A DNA stretch of 41,780 nucleotides. Origin: Dyella sp. Its GTDB lineage: Bacteria > Pseudomonadota > Gammaproteobacteria > Xanthomonadales > Rhodanobacteraceae. The stretch lies in contig JBEVMS010000281.1 in NCBI GenBank assembly GCA_040508515.1, positions 1 through 41,780 on the forward strand. The letters are read 5' to 3'. The notes below the pieces were generated by a model that was not told the origin of the DNA, searched no databases, and saw only the letters and a list, made by a program, of their open reading frames with translations. Both the position numbers and the translations under genes were made by a program. This document shows, in pieces, positions 1-9,345 of this stretch (position 1 is its first letter; each line of letters starts with the position of its first letter).

Positions 1-306
1 AACGATCTCACCGCCTCGGTTGACTTCACAGGGCTGGCCGAAGCCGGCCGCAGCGCGGGCTTCACGATGGCGTCCTATCTGTCGCAAGCGCAGTTCTTGA
101 TAGCGGCCGGCCTGCAGCACGCCTTCGAAGGAGCCTACCTGGCCGCACCCAACGAATCCGCGCGTTATCAACTTAGCCAGCAGGTCAAAAAGCTGACCCT
201 GCCCGAGCAGATGGGCGAGCGTTTTCAGGTGATGCTTTTGAGTAAAGGTCAAGATCTTCAATTGCTCCCTGCTTTGCTCGCCAGTGATCAAGGCGAACGA
301 CTGTAA
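1..306 (+). CDS. C-terminal part of a COG1565/DUF185 (MidA/NDUFAF7-like) SAM-dependent methyltransferase; the 5' end lies outside the window
   Basis: Frame 1 is open from nt 1 (NDLTASVDFTGLAEAGRSAGF...) and runs into the listed 67..306 ORF. The D.TA.VDFT and LP.QMGE.F.V motifs are typical of this family. Stop TAA is at 304-306. Confidence 0.6.
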   Translation, partial: NDLTASVDFTGLAEAGRSAGFTMASYLSQAQFLIAAGLQHAFEGAYLAAPNESARYQLSQQVKKLTLPEQMGERFQVMLLSKGQDLQLLPALLASDQGERL

Positions 307-314
307 AGGGCGCC

Positions 315-1922
315 TTACGGCAGCCAGCGGGCAGTTAAACCATAAAAGGCGGGCTTGTCATCACGAGTCTTGAATTGCTGGGTACTGGTCTCGATCAGCC
401 CAGCCTGCTGAAGCTGTTGGCGATAACCTTCCACCGAAGGTGGCTCCCAATAAAATAGGCGCAGCTCACGATAGCCCTGCTGTTTAAGCTTGGTCAGGGT
501 GGCAGGTTCGAGGTCGATCACATAGCGCACCTGATTGCCGGTGAGTATGCAGAACGAGGTAAAGAATCCCCATTCGGGAAACACGTACGCCACATCCGGC
601 CCGGCGCGTCGCGCTGCGATTCCCAGTTCGTTCAATGCCTCAACGCTTTTGCCGTAGCCGCCGCTGATTGCTAGCGCTCGTTGGAAGCTGACTTGCTGTG
701 CGAGGTTGATGGTCAAACACAAAGCCGTCAGTATCAAGAATACTGCCAATCGCAGACGCGTCGAAGTACTCAGCAGTTGCGTCGTGACCGTCCATAGGCA
801 AAGCGGCAATAGGTAGACAAACGGCACCAGCACGCAAAAGTGATGTGCCCAAAGACGATGACCAAACAAGGTCGCCATCAATAAATAGGACACTGGCAGC
901 AATACTGGCAACAGTGTGTAGCGGCGCGGGTCGCGACGCCACAGGAGGATTGCCAGAAGTATCAGCGTGCCTAATGTGGAAAGTGTGCCGACCAGCACTT
1001 TGATACCCCCCCACCAGCCGAGTAGCGGCTCCCCGAAGATCATGCTTTCGTTGCCGGCATCGCTCAATGCAAGGGTAACCATATGCCAGGCATAGTAGAA
1101 GTTAGCGCTGCCGCTGGCGAACGGATGCAGTTGTCCGACTAGATTTCCTACGTAGTGCAGCATTGGTCCGATGCCATGCAGTTTTAGGGCCAACGATATA
1201 TAGCCGAATACGAATGGGGATAAACCAAAGGCGAAGCCGAGTATCCAGCACAACGTCAAATGCCGGTTTGCTCCCTTGCGCAGAATCACGATCGCCAGCA
1301 TGCCTGGTGCGAAAAAGAAGAGGACGAAATATCCGTAGCCTGCCAGTCCGGAGAAGAACCCTGCCCATAAAATCCGGCGCCCGGGCCGGGATTGTGTTGG
1401 GAGTGAGTAAAGCAACCGTAACGACACAAACAGCCAGGTAGCGCCCCCCATGACGATGTAAAACTGGGTTCGAAACGACGCGCTGAAAGCCAATTCAGTC
1501 GCTAAGCCTAGCGTTGCGGCGAGCCCAAGCCATGGGGAGCGGCTGAGAAGGCGGGTAATGCCGTGGAAAGCTATTAGGAGTATAACGCCGAATAAGGCCT
1601 GAGCTAAGCGCAGGCTCGTCACGCTGAAACCTAAGATGGCCAGAAAGGGCAAGGCGACGTAAGCGTTCTGCACCCCGTGGTAGAGGTTGCCCAGAAGTGG
1701 GAAAATCTTCGATGGCAACGCGGCGCTTGGATTACGCAGGTGGTGATGCAGCCACTGGGCGGCGATAAAATCCGGATTGACTGCATCCATGTACAGCCCA
1801 GGGAGTTGGATTTGGACAGCGATGCAGGATAAAAAAACCAGCACCGGTAGCATCCATAACAGTGAAATTATGCGAGGCTCGCCCAGTGATGAAGGAGCTG
1901 AAGTGGACTTATTCATGCTCAT
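315..1922 (-). CDS. Polytopic inner-membrane protein, GT-C fold glycosyltransferase-like (ArnT/PMT_2-like), with a C-terminal soluble domain of about 120 aa
   Basis: 535-aa ORF with many hydrophobic segments and an acidic first loop (YMDAVNPDF). Its ATG overlaps the stop of the upstream GT2 gene by 14 nt. GC is clearly lower than in the rest of the window. The family call is by architecture only. Confidence 0.6.
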   Translation of the reverse strand: MSMNKSTSAPSSLGEPRIISLLWMLPVLVFLSCIAVQIQLPGLYMDAVNPDFIAAQWLHHHLRNPSAALPSKIFPLLGNLYHGVQNAYVALPFLAILGFSVTSLRLAQALFGVILLIAFHGITRLLSRSPWLGLAATLGLATELAFSASFRTQFYIVMGGATWLFVSLRLLYSLPTQSRPGRRILWAGFFSGLAGYGYFVLFFFAPGMLAIVILRKGANRHLTLCWILGFAFGLSPFVFGYISLALKLHGIGPMLHYVGNLVGQLHPFASGSANFYYAWHMVTLALSDAGNESMIFGEPLLGWWGGIKVLVGTLSTLGTLILLAILLWRRDPRRYTLLPVLLPVSYLLMATLFGHRLWAHHFCVLVPFVYLLPLCLWTVTTQLLSTSTRLRLAVFLILTALCLTINLAQQVSFQRALAISGGYGKSVEALNELGIAARRAGPDVAYVFPEWGFFTSFCILTGNQVRYVIDLEPATLTKLKQQGYRELRLFYWEPPSVEGYRQQLQQAGLIETSTQQFKTRDDKPAFYGLTARWLP

Positions 1923-2862
1923 GATCTAGCATCCAATGTGCTCGATGCTGCAAATATGCGAAGTGGCGCGCTTCGCGACGGCCAAGCGTGACGGTATCCA
2001 GCACGAGGCCGCACACCAGGAACACGGAGCCAAGCAGCCCTAGCGCCGAGCATAGGATTGCCGTTGGGAAGCGCGGCACCAGTCCGGTGGCCAGGTAGGT
2101 GGTTAGCAAGGGCCACGCCAGTACTCCGGCGGACAGTAGGCACAGTGCGGTCAGGAACGAAAAAAACAGTAAGGGTTTGCCGTTCTTGGTCAGACGGACG
2201 ATGGTTAGCAGAATGCGCCAGCCGTCACGCCAAGTATTGAGCTTGCTGTGCGAGTCCTGCATCCGGCTCCCATAATGGGTGGGCAGCTCAGCCACTGGCA
2301 TATGCAGCTCCAGCGCGTGTACCGCCAACTCGGTTTCCACTTCGAAACCGCTGGCGTGGGCCGGGAACGATTTGACGAAGCGTCGCGACATCACACGGTA
2401 GCCCGACAACATGTCGGAGAAAGTTTGGCCGAAGATCTTTCCGGTTAGCCCCGTCAGCAGTCGGTTGCCGAGTCGATGGCCAGCACGATAGGCATCCCGC
2501 TCGTGGTCGATCCGTGTACCGACCACCATGTCCAGCGCATCGTGCTGCAATCGCGCGATCATATTGGGTGCGGCGGTGGCGTCGTAGGTGGCATCGCCAT
2601 CCACCATGACGTAAATGTCCGCGTCCACATCGGCGAACATGCGCCTGATCACATGTCCCTTGCCCTGCAGCGGCTGACTTCTTACCACCGCACCGGCTGC
2701 GCGCGCGACCGCTATGGTGTCGTCGCTGGAGTTGTTGTCATAAACAAAAATGGTGGCGCCGGGCAACGCTTGCAAAAAGTCGCTTACCACATGGCCGATA
2801 GCGATCGCTTCGTTGAAGCATGGGATTAGCACCGCAATGCGGGACATCCGTGTCGTGCTCAT
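1909..2862 (-). CDS. Family 2 glycosyltransferase with two C-terminal TM helices (polyprenyl-phosphate glycosyltransferase, ArnC/GtrB/DPM1-like)
   Basis: N-terminus is VLIPCFNEA...YDNNSSDDT, with a DxD-type VDGDATY motif and a C-terminal hydrophobic pair (LLFFSFLTALCLL..., ILCSALGLLGSVFLVCGLVL). Confidence 0.85.
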   Translation of the reverse strand: MSTTRMSRIAVLIPCFNEAIAIGHVVSDFLQALPGATIFVYDNNSSDDTIAVARAAGAVVRSQPLQGKGHVIRRMFADVDADIYVMVDGDATYDATAAPNMIARLQHDALDMVVGTRIDHERDAYRAGHRLGNRLLTGLTGKIFGQTFSDMLSGYRVMSRRFVKSFPAHASGFEVETELAVHALELHMPVAELPTHYGSRMQDSHSKLNTWRDGWRILLTIVRLTKNGKPLLFFSFLTALCLLSAGVLAWPLLTTYLATGLVPRFPTAILCSALGLLGSVFLVCGLVLDTVTLGRREARHFAYLQHRAHWMLDHEHE

Positions 2863-2963
2863 AGACCTATTAGGTTCCGATATAGCGGAGCAGTTTGAGC
2901 CAATACATCGATTGGGAGCTAAAAATCTTAGCGTGAAATCGACAATTTTGGCGCGTAACGCTC

Positions 2964-2990
2964 CGCGGTGACGATAACTCCGTCACCGCG
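2964..2990 (-). terminator. Perfect 10-bp stem hairpin (CGCGGTGACG-N7-CGTCACCGCG) 27 nt downstream of the LtaS-like gene; no U-tract
   Basis: The inverted repeat was read directly. It sits at the edge of a low-GC spacer (2863-2960) that precedes the GT2 gene. Confidence 0.4.
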
Positions 2991-3016
2991 CGGTCTAGCT
3001 TGTGGTCTACCGCCGG

Positions 3017-5164
3017 TCAGTGAATGACGGCGCTGCTGCTGGCGGGTGACGAGGGAGCTGGGCTGACGGGGGTGGAATCATCCTTGCGCCGGGCCAGTTG
3101 GCCGGCTTTGAAGAGTTCGGCGGCGACCTGATAGCTCGCGGTGGCTTGCGCGATCTGCAGCGGATCTTGCGGCAGCGCGGGGACGGCATCGCCGGTAGCG
3201 AAGTCCGGGTGTACCTGCTCAAGCTTGCGCTGCGGTTCGAGGATGGTCAGCCGGTCGCCGCGCAGGAAGCCGAGCTTTTCGTAGGTAGCGGGGAAGGCGC
3301 GCTCGCGGCCCGGTTCGAGTTTGAACACGTCGTAGCCGAAGAAGCGGCTGCGGTAGCTGAAATTGAGCAGTCCCAGCAGTGTCGGCGGAATATCCATCTG
3401 CGCGGTCAGGCGTTCCACCCGCTGCGGCGCGATGTGGGCAGGCGCGTAGATCCACAGTGGGATGTGGTAGCGGTTGATCGGCACGCTGGCGCGACCGGCG
3501 CTGGAAGCGCAGTGGTCAGCGGTGATTACGAACACGGTGTCGTTGAAGTAGGGCTTCCCTTTGGCGCGCTTGAGGAAGTCGGCGATCGACCAATCGGTGT
3601 ACTCCACCGCACCTTCGCGAGTGCCGCTGCGGCCGCGCACGCGTCCCGACGGGAAGGTGAAGGGGCGATGGTTGGTGGTGGTCATGATGTGCAAGAAGAA
3701 CGGCTTGCCGGCGGCGTTGGCCTTGTCCATCTGTGCCAGCGCCAGCGTGTAGAGATCCTCGTCGGCCACGCCCCAAACGTTTTCGCCGTGGATCGTTGCA
3801 TCCTTGGGAATGTCGTTGCGATCCACCGCGGTGTAACCGTTGTGGTTGAAGAAATAGTTCATGTTGTCGAAGTAGCCGTAGCCACCGTAGACGAAGTCCG
3901 ACTGATAGCCGCGGTCGTTGAAGATATCGGCCAGCGAGAAGAGGTTCTCGTTGTTGTGCGCCTTGATCAGCGAATCGCCTGGGGTCGGTGGCACCGACAA
4001 CGACAGCGCCTCCAGCCCGCGCACGGTACGCGTGCCGTTGGCATAGAGGTTGTCGAAGAACATGCTCTGGCCCACCAGCGCGTCCAGGTTGGGGGTGAGG
4101 TTCTGCTTGTTGCCGAAGGTACCCAGGTAATCGCCGGACAGGCTCTCCACGCTGATCAGCACCACGTTGAGATGTTTTTCAGCACCCGGATTGCGGATTT
4201 CGCGCGTGAGATCGTGTGGATCGTTGCTAACGTAGGTGGCATCGGGCGTCTTGAGCATATCGCGCACGGTATTGAACGCTTGCTCGGATGGCAGCGTGCG
4301 ATAGAAGCGGTCGTAATCCAGATGGCTGCTGCGGAAGGCAGCAAAGAACTGGTAGATGCCGTTGCCGGCCAGTTCGTTGACGTAGGCGTTATCGTTGCGA
4401 TCCTTCAGCGCGCCGTTGATGCTCATGCTGGCCAACACGGTCAGTACCAGCCACACCGCCACCACCTTGCCGCGCTGCCAGAAGCGCGTTCCATCGTCGA
4501 CGCTGCGCAGCGCGCGCTTGCTCAGCCAGACGATCGCCACGGTGAGCAAGGCGAGCAGACTGACCCACAATCCAATCGGGTAGGATTCGCGAATATTGCC
4601 GATGACCTCGGTGGTGTAGACCAGATAATCGACCGCGATGAAGTTGAAGCGGGTGCCAAACTCGTTCCAGAACACCAGCTCGGACGCCGCGACGAACAGC
4701 AGGCCGTACAACAGCACTAGGCATAGCCCGTACAGCGCCCACTGGCCGGTGCGCGAGCCGTAGCTGAAACCGGGCAGCGGCAGAAAAAACAGCAACAGCA
4801 GGCCCAGCGGCCAAACATCGTGCACGCTGGTATGCAAGAGCATATGCAGCGCGCCCAGCGCCAGCACGTACACGGCAGCCAACGCCAGGACATAGAGCAT
4901 CCAGCCGCGTGCGCCGCGCACACTGGCGCGGCCGGCCGGCACGACCCACAAGAACAGCAGCAACGGCCAGCCCAGGTAGAGGAAGGTGACCAAGTCGTAG
5001 CCCAGGCCGATGCCGAACGCGTACAGCCACTTAAGCGGCGCCAGCGGTACCCCGTTGCCGGTCATCGCCAACAACACGATGCGGGTCAGCGCGCCGATCA
5101 ACAGATAAGCAATGCCCAGCCACAACAGCGGGCGGAAGCGCGATTTCATGGGCGGAAGGGGCAT
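3017..5164 (-). CDS. LTA-synthase family / sulfatase-domain membrane transferase (OpgB/MdoB-like phosphoglycerol or phosphoethanolamine transferase)
   Basis: N-terminal multi-TM block followed by an alkaline-phosphatase-type domain (LISVESLSGDYLG, TTNHRPFTFP, ITADHCAS). The start is placed at internal ATG 5164 (MPLPPMKSRF...). ATG 5149 is also possible. The 5290 start adds a non-protein-like leader. Confidence 0.85.
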   Translation of the reverse strand: MPLPPMKSRFRPLLWLGIAYLLIGALTRIVLLAMTGNGVPLAPLKWLYAFGIGLGYDLVTFLYLGWPLLLFLWVVPAGRASVRGARGWMLYVLALAAVYVLALGALHMLLHTSVHDVWPLGLLLLFFLPLPGFSYGSRTGQWALYGLCLVLLYGLLFVAASELVFWNEFGTRFNFIAVDYLVYTTEVIGNIRESYPIGLWVSLLALLTVAIVWLSKRALRSVDDGTRFWQRGKVVAVWLVLTVLASMSINGALKDRNDNAYVNELAGNGIYQFFAAFRSSHLDYDRFYRTLPSEQAFNTVRDMLKTPDATYVSNDPHDLTREIRNPGAEKHLNVVLISVESLSGDYLGTFGNKQNLTPNLDALVGQSMFFDNLYANGTRTVRGLEALSLSVPPTPGDSLIKAHNNENLFSLADIFNDRGYQSDFVYGGYGYFDNMNYFFNHNGYTAVDRNDIPKDATIHGENVWGVADEDLYTLALAQMDKANAAGKPFFLHIMTTTNHRPFTFPSGRVRGRSGTREGAVEYTDWSIADFLKRAKGKPYFNDTVFVITADHCASSAGRASVPINRYHIPLWIYAPAHIAPQRVERLTAQMDIPPTLLGLLNFSYRSRFFGYDVFKLEPGRERAFPATYEKLGFLRGDRLTILEPQRKLEQVHPDFATGDAVPALPQDPLQIAQATASYQVAAELFKAGQLARRKDDSTPVSPAPSSPASSSAVIH

Positions 5165-5364
5165 GGCAGGCAAGGGAAGCTCCAACGTGGACCGGACAGT
5201 CAGCAGCGTGGCCGCTGGATAAAACTGACGTTTAGCCATGGCGTGACGCGCATCAGCGGGATACCGCCCACACCTGTGCGCCCAGGCCATTGGGCGAGTT
5301 ACTGTTATAAAGTTTCAATCAAGTTCCTTTCCTTACGCTGTCGGGGTGCGGCTGGCGATGTGGC

Positions 5365-6594
5365 CTAGGGCGGGGAAGGGCGCAGCCGGGCGATCGCCGC
5401 CAGCCTCGCGTGCTGGATCGCCTCGCCCATGGCCGGCCCGCTGAGGCCCTGGGCCACGAAGGGAGCGGCCTCAACCGCGGCGGCGGCCGCGGCGGCCGCG
5501 CGCAGGTAAGCGGCCGGTGGATAGTCGTCGTCCTGGTGGCCCAGGCGGCCGCGCTTGTCGGCTTCGCAGGCCAGTAGAAAGGTCGCCAACCGCTGCGGAC
5601 GACGCAGTGCGTCCAGGGCGGTCAGCAGCTTGAGCAGCGTGGCCGGTTTGAGCTCAAGCGCGCGATGGGCGTTCAGATGCTCGCGGCAGACCAGTTCGGC
5701 CAGCGTCGCGTGTTCGGTGGGCACCTTGAGCCTGCTGCAAATCGCCCGCAGCGGGGCCAGCCCGCGTTGCTCGTGGCCGAGATGGCGCGGCAGCACGTCG
5801 GCCGGAGTGAGCGCCTTGCCCAGGTCGTGGGTGAGCGCGCAAAAGCCGACCAGATCGTCGCCCGGGGCCAGCTGCGCGGCCATGTCCAGCACCAGTTCCA
5901 GATGCGTGCCGGTGTCGATTTCAGGATGGAACTCGGCACGCTGCGGTACGCCGTAGAGCGCGTCGATTTCCGGAAACAGCACCGCCAGCGCCCCGCATTG
6001 GCGCAGCACCTGCACAAAGGCGGAAGGCTGCGGCTCGCCCAAGGCCTTACGGGTTTCGGCCCAGACCCGCTCAGGGACGAGATGATCGATCTCGCCGTGT
6101 TCGACCATCTGACGCAACAGCCGCACGGTGTCCTCGGCCAGTCGAAACCCCAAGGGCGCGAAGCGTGCGGCGAATCGCGCCACCCGCAGCAAGCGCACCG
6201 GGTCTTCGACGAAGGCCGGCGAAACATGCCGCAGCAGGCGTTGCTCGATGTCGGCGACGCCGCCGTAGGGATCGATCAGCGCACCGTGTTCGTCTTGCGC
6301 GATCGCGTTGATGGTCAGGTCGCGGCGCGCCAGATCCTGTTCAAGCCTTACCGAGGGATCGGCATGAAAGTCGAACCCGCGGTAACCGTGCCCACTTTTG
6401 CGCTCGGTGCGCGCCAGCGCATACTCCTCGCCGGTGCGCGGGTGCAGGAATACCGGGAAATCCTTGCCCACCGGGCGATAGCCCAGCGCGAGCATCGCCT
6501 CGGCGCTGGCGCCGACCACCACATGGTCGCGATCGACCACCGAACGCCCCAACAAGTTATCGCGGACCGCGCCGCCGACAAGATAGATTTGCAT
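5365..6594 (-). CDS. cca: Multifunctional CCA-adding tRNA nucleotidyltransferase with HD domain
   Basis: [13 protein letters not shown]-terminus and HD-domain HDLGK motif. The start is chosen at the internal ATG (6594) that gives the canonical N-terminus. Confidence 0.9.
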   Translation of the reverse strand: MQIYLVGGAVRDNLLGRSVVDRDHVVVGASAEAMLALGYRPVGKDFPVFLHPRTGEEYALARTERKSGHGYRGFDFHADPSVRLEQDLARRDLTINAIAQDEHGALIDPYGGVADIEQRLLRHVSPAFVEDPVRLLRVARFAARFAPLGFRLAEDTVRLLRQMVEHGEIDHLVPERVWAETRKALGEPQPSAFVQVLRQCGALAVLFPEIDALYGVPQRAEFHPEIDTGTHLELVLDMAAQLAPGDDLVGFCALTHDLGKALTPADVLPRHLGHEQRGLAPLRAICSRLKVPTEHATLAELVCREHLNAHRALELKPATLLKLLTALDALRRPQRLATFLLACEADKRGRLGHQDDDYPPAAYLRAAAAAAAAVEAAPFVAQGLSGPAMGEAIQHARLAAIARLRPSPP

Positions 6595-7091
6595 GATGCG
6601 ATTCTGCCATGCCGGCATCGGTTGCATCGCCAGCCGCGAGGCGTGTGCCGCCGGCTAAGCATCGGGTCTATGCGCGGGGCGATGGCGTGGCGCAGGCGCA
6701 CGAGGCGTCAATCCTGCATGCCATCCACGGCAATGGGCATATCGTCGCGTATCAGCCGCGCGTGGGCCTATGCGTGGCCGAGGGCACTGCGCGGGTGCGG
6801 GAGACGGCATCCATCCGCACGCCATTGCCGGCAAATCGGCGCGTAGGAAGGGCTCCTCGGTCGACTGGTTCGCCACGGCGCGGATCACGGTCCGCGATGC
6901 CGGCGCTGTTCTCAATGATGTGAGCGGGTGATTGGTTGATGCCTGCGCCAGCCCGTCAAACGATGGTGCTGGCGCCGGCCCGCGGCGGCTTGCGTGGGCC
7001 GAGTTATGGTGGAGCCTATTCGGAGTTGAGCGACGTGGCGCCCAGTATCCAATCACAGGGCGTCACGCGCTGACATCGTGCCGCTTCGCGC

Positions 7092-9161
7092 TCAGGGGCC
7101 GCTGCTGGCGGCCGGCGCCAACGTACTTCCGCTGGCGGGCGCTGCCGGTGGAGCAGGCGGCGCCTCGGGCTTGTCGACGACGGCGATGCATTGCACCTGC
7201 TTGCGTGGCGTTTGGCTGTCTGGAAGGCTATACGTCTTTCCGATTGGCGTCATGCGCTGGCGAAGGTCGATGGTGCGATCGTTGAGTCGCCAGTCGTAGA
7301 TCACCGCAAAGGCCATCACGCGGGCGACGTATTCGCGCGTTTCCTTGTAGGGGATGGTTGCCACGAACAGATCCGGTTCCAGCGTGCCGCGCGCGCTCAG
7401 CCATTGATCGACCTTGTTGGGGCCGGCGTTGTAGGCGGCGCTGGCCAGCCAGGGCGCGCCGTTGTAGCGCGCGGCCATCTGCGCCAAGTAGCGGGTGCCC
7501 AGCACCACGTTGACGGCCGGATCGTACAGACTCTGGCCGCCGGCCCAGGGAAGGTTGTTGCGCTTGGCCACCAGTTCGCCGGTGCTGGGCAGCAACTGCA
7601 TCAGGCCACGCGCGTCGGCGCCGGAACGCGCATCGCTCATCCAGGCGCTTTCGGCGCGCAGGATGCCGTAGGCCCAGGCCGGATCGATCCCGGCGGCGGT
7701 CGCCTGCGGCACCAGGCCGTCCTGACTGGCCAGCGGAAAGCGTTGTTCGTACAAGCGCAGCGCATCGCCACCGTTGAAGGTGAACACCGACCGGTCGTAC
7801 CAGCCGTTGCGGTAGGCCAGGTCGGCGGCCAGGCGCAGGGTGATCGGATCGGCGCCGGCCAGCGCCTGACTCCATTCGCGCCGCGCATAACGCTGCATGC
7901 CCACCGCGTACAGCTCGAACGCGCGGGTCAGGCCCGGTTGTTGCAGCAGTGCGTTTTCGCGGACAGGGTCGGTAGCCAATTGCAGAGGGCAGATCGAATA
8001 AGGCTGCTGCAATGCATCGGCGGCGAGAAAGCCGAAATAGGTCGGCTGCTTGGCCAGCGTGGCGTACAGCGGCCTGGCCTGATCCTCGCGACCGAGCTTG
8101 CCGAGCACGCGTGCGCGGAAGTAACGCCACTCGTCCTGTTGCTGCTGCTCCGGGCTCAGCGCATCGAGCGCCCGCAGGCTGGCCTGCCAGTCCTGCTGCG
8201 CCAGCGCCACACGAACGCGCCACTCGCGGCTGGCATCGGTCTGCGCCGCGGGCGGCAGGTCGATCAGTCGGTTCAACGCGTTGTCGTCGAAATCGGTGGC
8301 GTGATAGAGCGCCAGCGCGTAGACGATCGCGTTGCGCTGCGTGCCGTTGAAGGCGAAGCGCGTCTGCAATTGCTGCCAGGCCTGATCGGCGCTGCTGGAT
8401 TGGCGTCGGGCCAGCCGCTGCAAGGCCAGCGCGGCGGCTTGACGCTCGCGCTCGGTATCCGGCCAGGTCAGCGCGGCGCGGGTGGCGCCGAGCGGGTCGC
8501 GCAACGCCTGTGCCAGATGCTGCGCGCTGGCCATCTGCTCGGCCGGCAGCCAGGCAGCCAAGGTGGCGATGGTGCCGGGCTGGCCGGCGCCGGCGGCGCG
8601 GTCGATCCGTGCCCACAACCGTTCGGTGGTCAGCAGGCCTTGGCCGTGGGCGGCCTCAAGGACCGGATCGCAGCTGGCCGGCAGGCTGGGTTTGTCCCAC
8701 AGCGCGGCCAGATCGCGGTTGAAGTCCAGCGGCTGGGCGCCGCTCAAGTGCGCCTGAAGCGCATCGCAAGTGAGCGCATCGCCCAGGCCGGGCCGGTACA
8801 GCGTGCGGAAGTCGGTCCAATCCTGCCGACGCGCCAGTTCATAGAGAAAGTCACGGCGCAGGTCGGCGGCGGGAATCCACTCCGGGTAGCGATTGAGGTA
8901 ATCCTGTACCTGGGCCAGGTTGAGTTGGCGCAGGTCGTGGCTGAGCGCGGCGGCTTCCAAGTAGGGATAGAGCGGATAGCTCTGCAATTGCGCGCTCCAG
9001 CCACGCCAGCTGTCGCCGCCTTGCTGAGCGGCCGCGTAGGCCTGTCGGAAGGCGTCGCGCTGGTTCGGATCGATCGGCGCGGCCCAGGCGCTCAGGCAGG
9101 CTAGGCAAGCGGCCAGCCAAAGCCACATCGGGCGGCGCCGACGCACCGGACGCTTGGACAT
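7092..9161 (-). CDS. slt: Soluble lytic murein transglycosylase (Slt70 family)
   Basis: Signal peptide, a long superhelical N-domain, and a C-terminal catalytic domain with ESAW, GLMQLLP and AYNAGP motifs. Confidence 0.9.
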   Translation of the reverse strand: MSKRPVRRRRPMWLWLAACLACLSAWAAPIDPNQRDAFRQAYAAAQQGGDSWRGWSAQLQSYPLYPYLEAAALSHDLRQLNLAQVQDYLNRYPEWIPAADLRRDFLYELARRQDWTDFRTLYRPGLGDALTCDALQAHLSGAQPLDFNRDLAALWDKPSLPASCDPVLEAAHGQGLLTTERLWARIDRAAGAGQPGTIATLAAWLPAEQMASAQHLAQALRDPLGATRAALTWPDTERERQAAALALQRLARRQSSSADQAWQQLQTRFAFNGTQRNAIVYALALYHATDFDDNALNRLIDLPPAAQTDASREWRVRVALAQQDWQASLRALDALSPEQQQQDEWRYFRARVLGKLGREDQARPLYATLAKQPTYFGFLAADALQQPYSICPLQLATDPVRENALLQQPGLTRAFELYAVGMQRYARREWSQALAGADPITLRLAADLAYRNGWYDRSVFTFNGGDALRLYEQRFPLASQDGLVPQATAAGIDPAWAYGILRAESAWMSDARSGADARGLMQLLPSTGELVAKRNNLPWAGGQSLYDPAVNVVLGTRYLAQMAARYNGAPWLASAAYNAGPNKVDQWLSARGTLEPDLFVATIPYKETREYVARVMAFAVIYDWRLNDRTIDLRQRMTPIGKTYSLPDSQTPRKQVQCIAVVDKPEAPPAPPAAPASGSTLAPAASSGP

Positions 9162-9345
9162 GCTAATTCCTCAGACAGATCGTTCGAGCGACAGTGTAAG
9201 GCATCGTTCCGCGTGCTCTGGCCATGGGCTTCATACCGGATGCAAAGCGCGTCACTGCACCTGCGCGCCGCGGCCGCGCGCGATCGGCCTGATAAACTAA
9301 CCTGTCACCTTCGGCGCCCAGGGGCGTCGCCATTGCAGGAAACGC

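Noticed and set aside
3098-4720. Long antisense ORFs opposite real genes. Examples: 3098-4720+, 5665-6846+, 7191-9104+, 7228-8616-, 9163-10011-, 15527-16552-, 17346-19544-, 19638-21323+, 21587-23458+, 24433-25404-, 26028-27080-, 26885-28594-, 29333-30913-, 32442-33680-, 33795-35822-, 39684-40304+, 40380-41096+.
   Set aside because: These are typical shadow ORFs of a high-GC genome. Their products are Arg/Gly/Ala/Pro/His-rich with no motifs. Each lies opposite a gene with clear family signatures and proper codon bias.
6609-7056. The listed ORFs 6609-6923+ (104 aa), 6655-7056- (133 aa) and 6932-7285+ as intact genes.
   Set aside because: None has a sensible start context or a complete domain. 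The minus ORF is Arg/Pro/Ala-rich. The plus ORF has only local M23-like motifs and abuts the cca start, so it is treated as a possible remnant and not as a gene.
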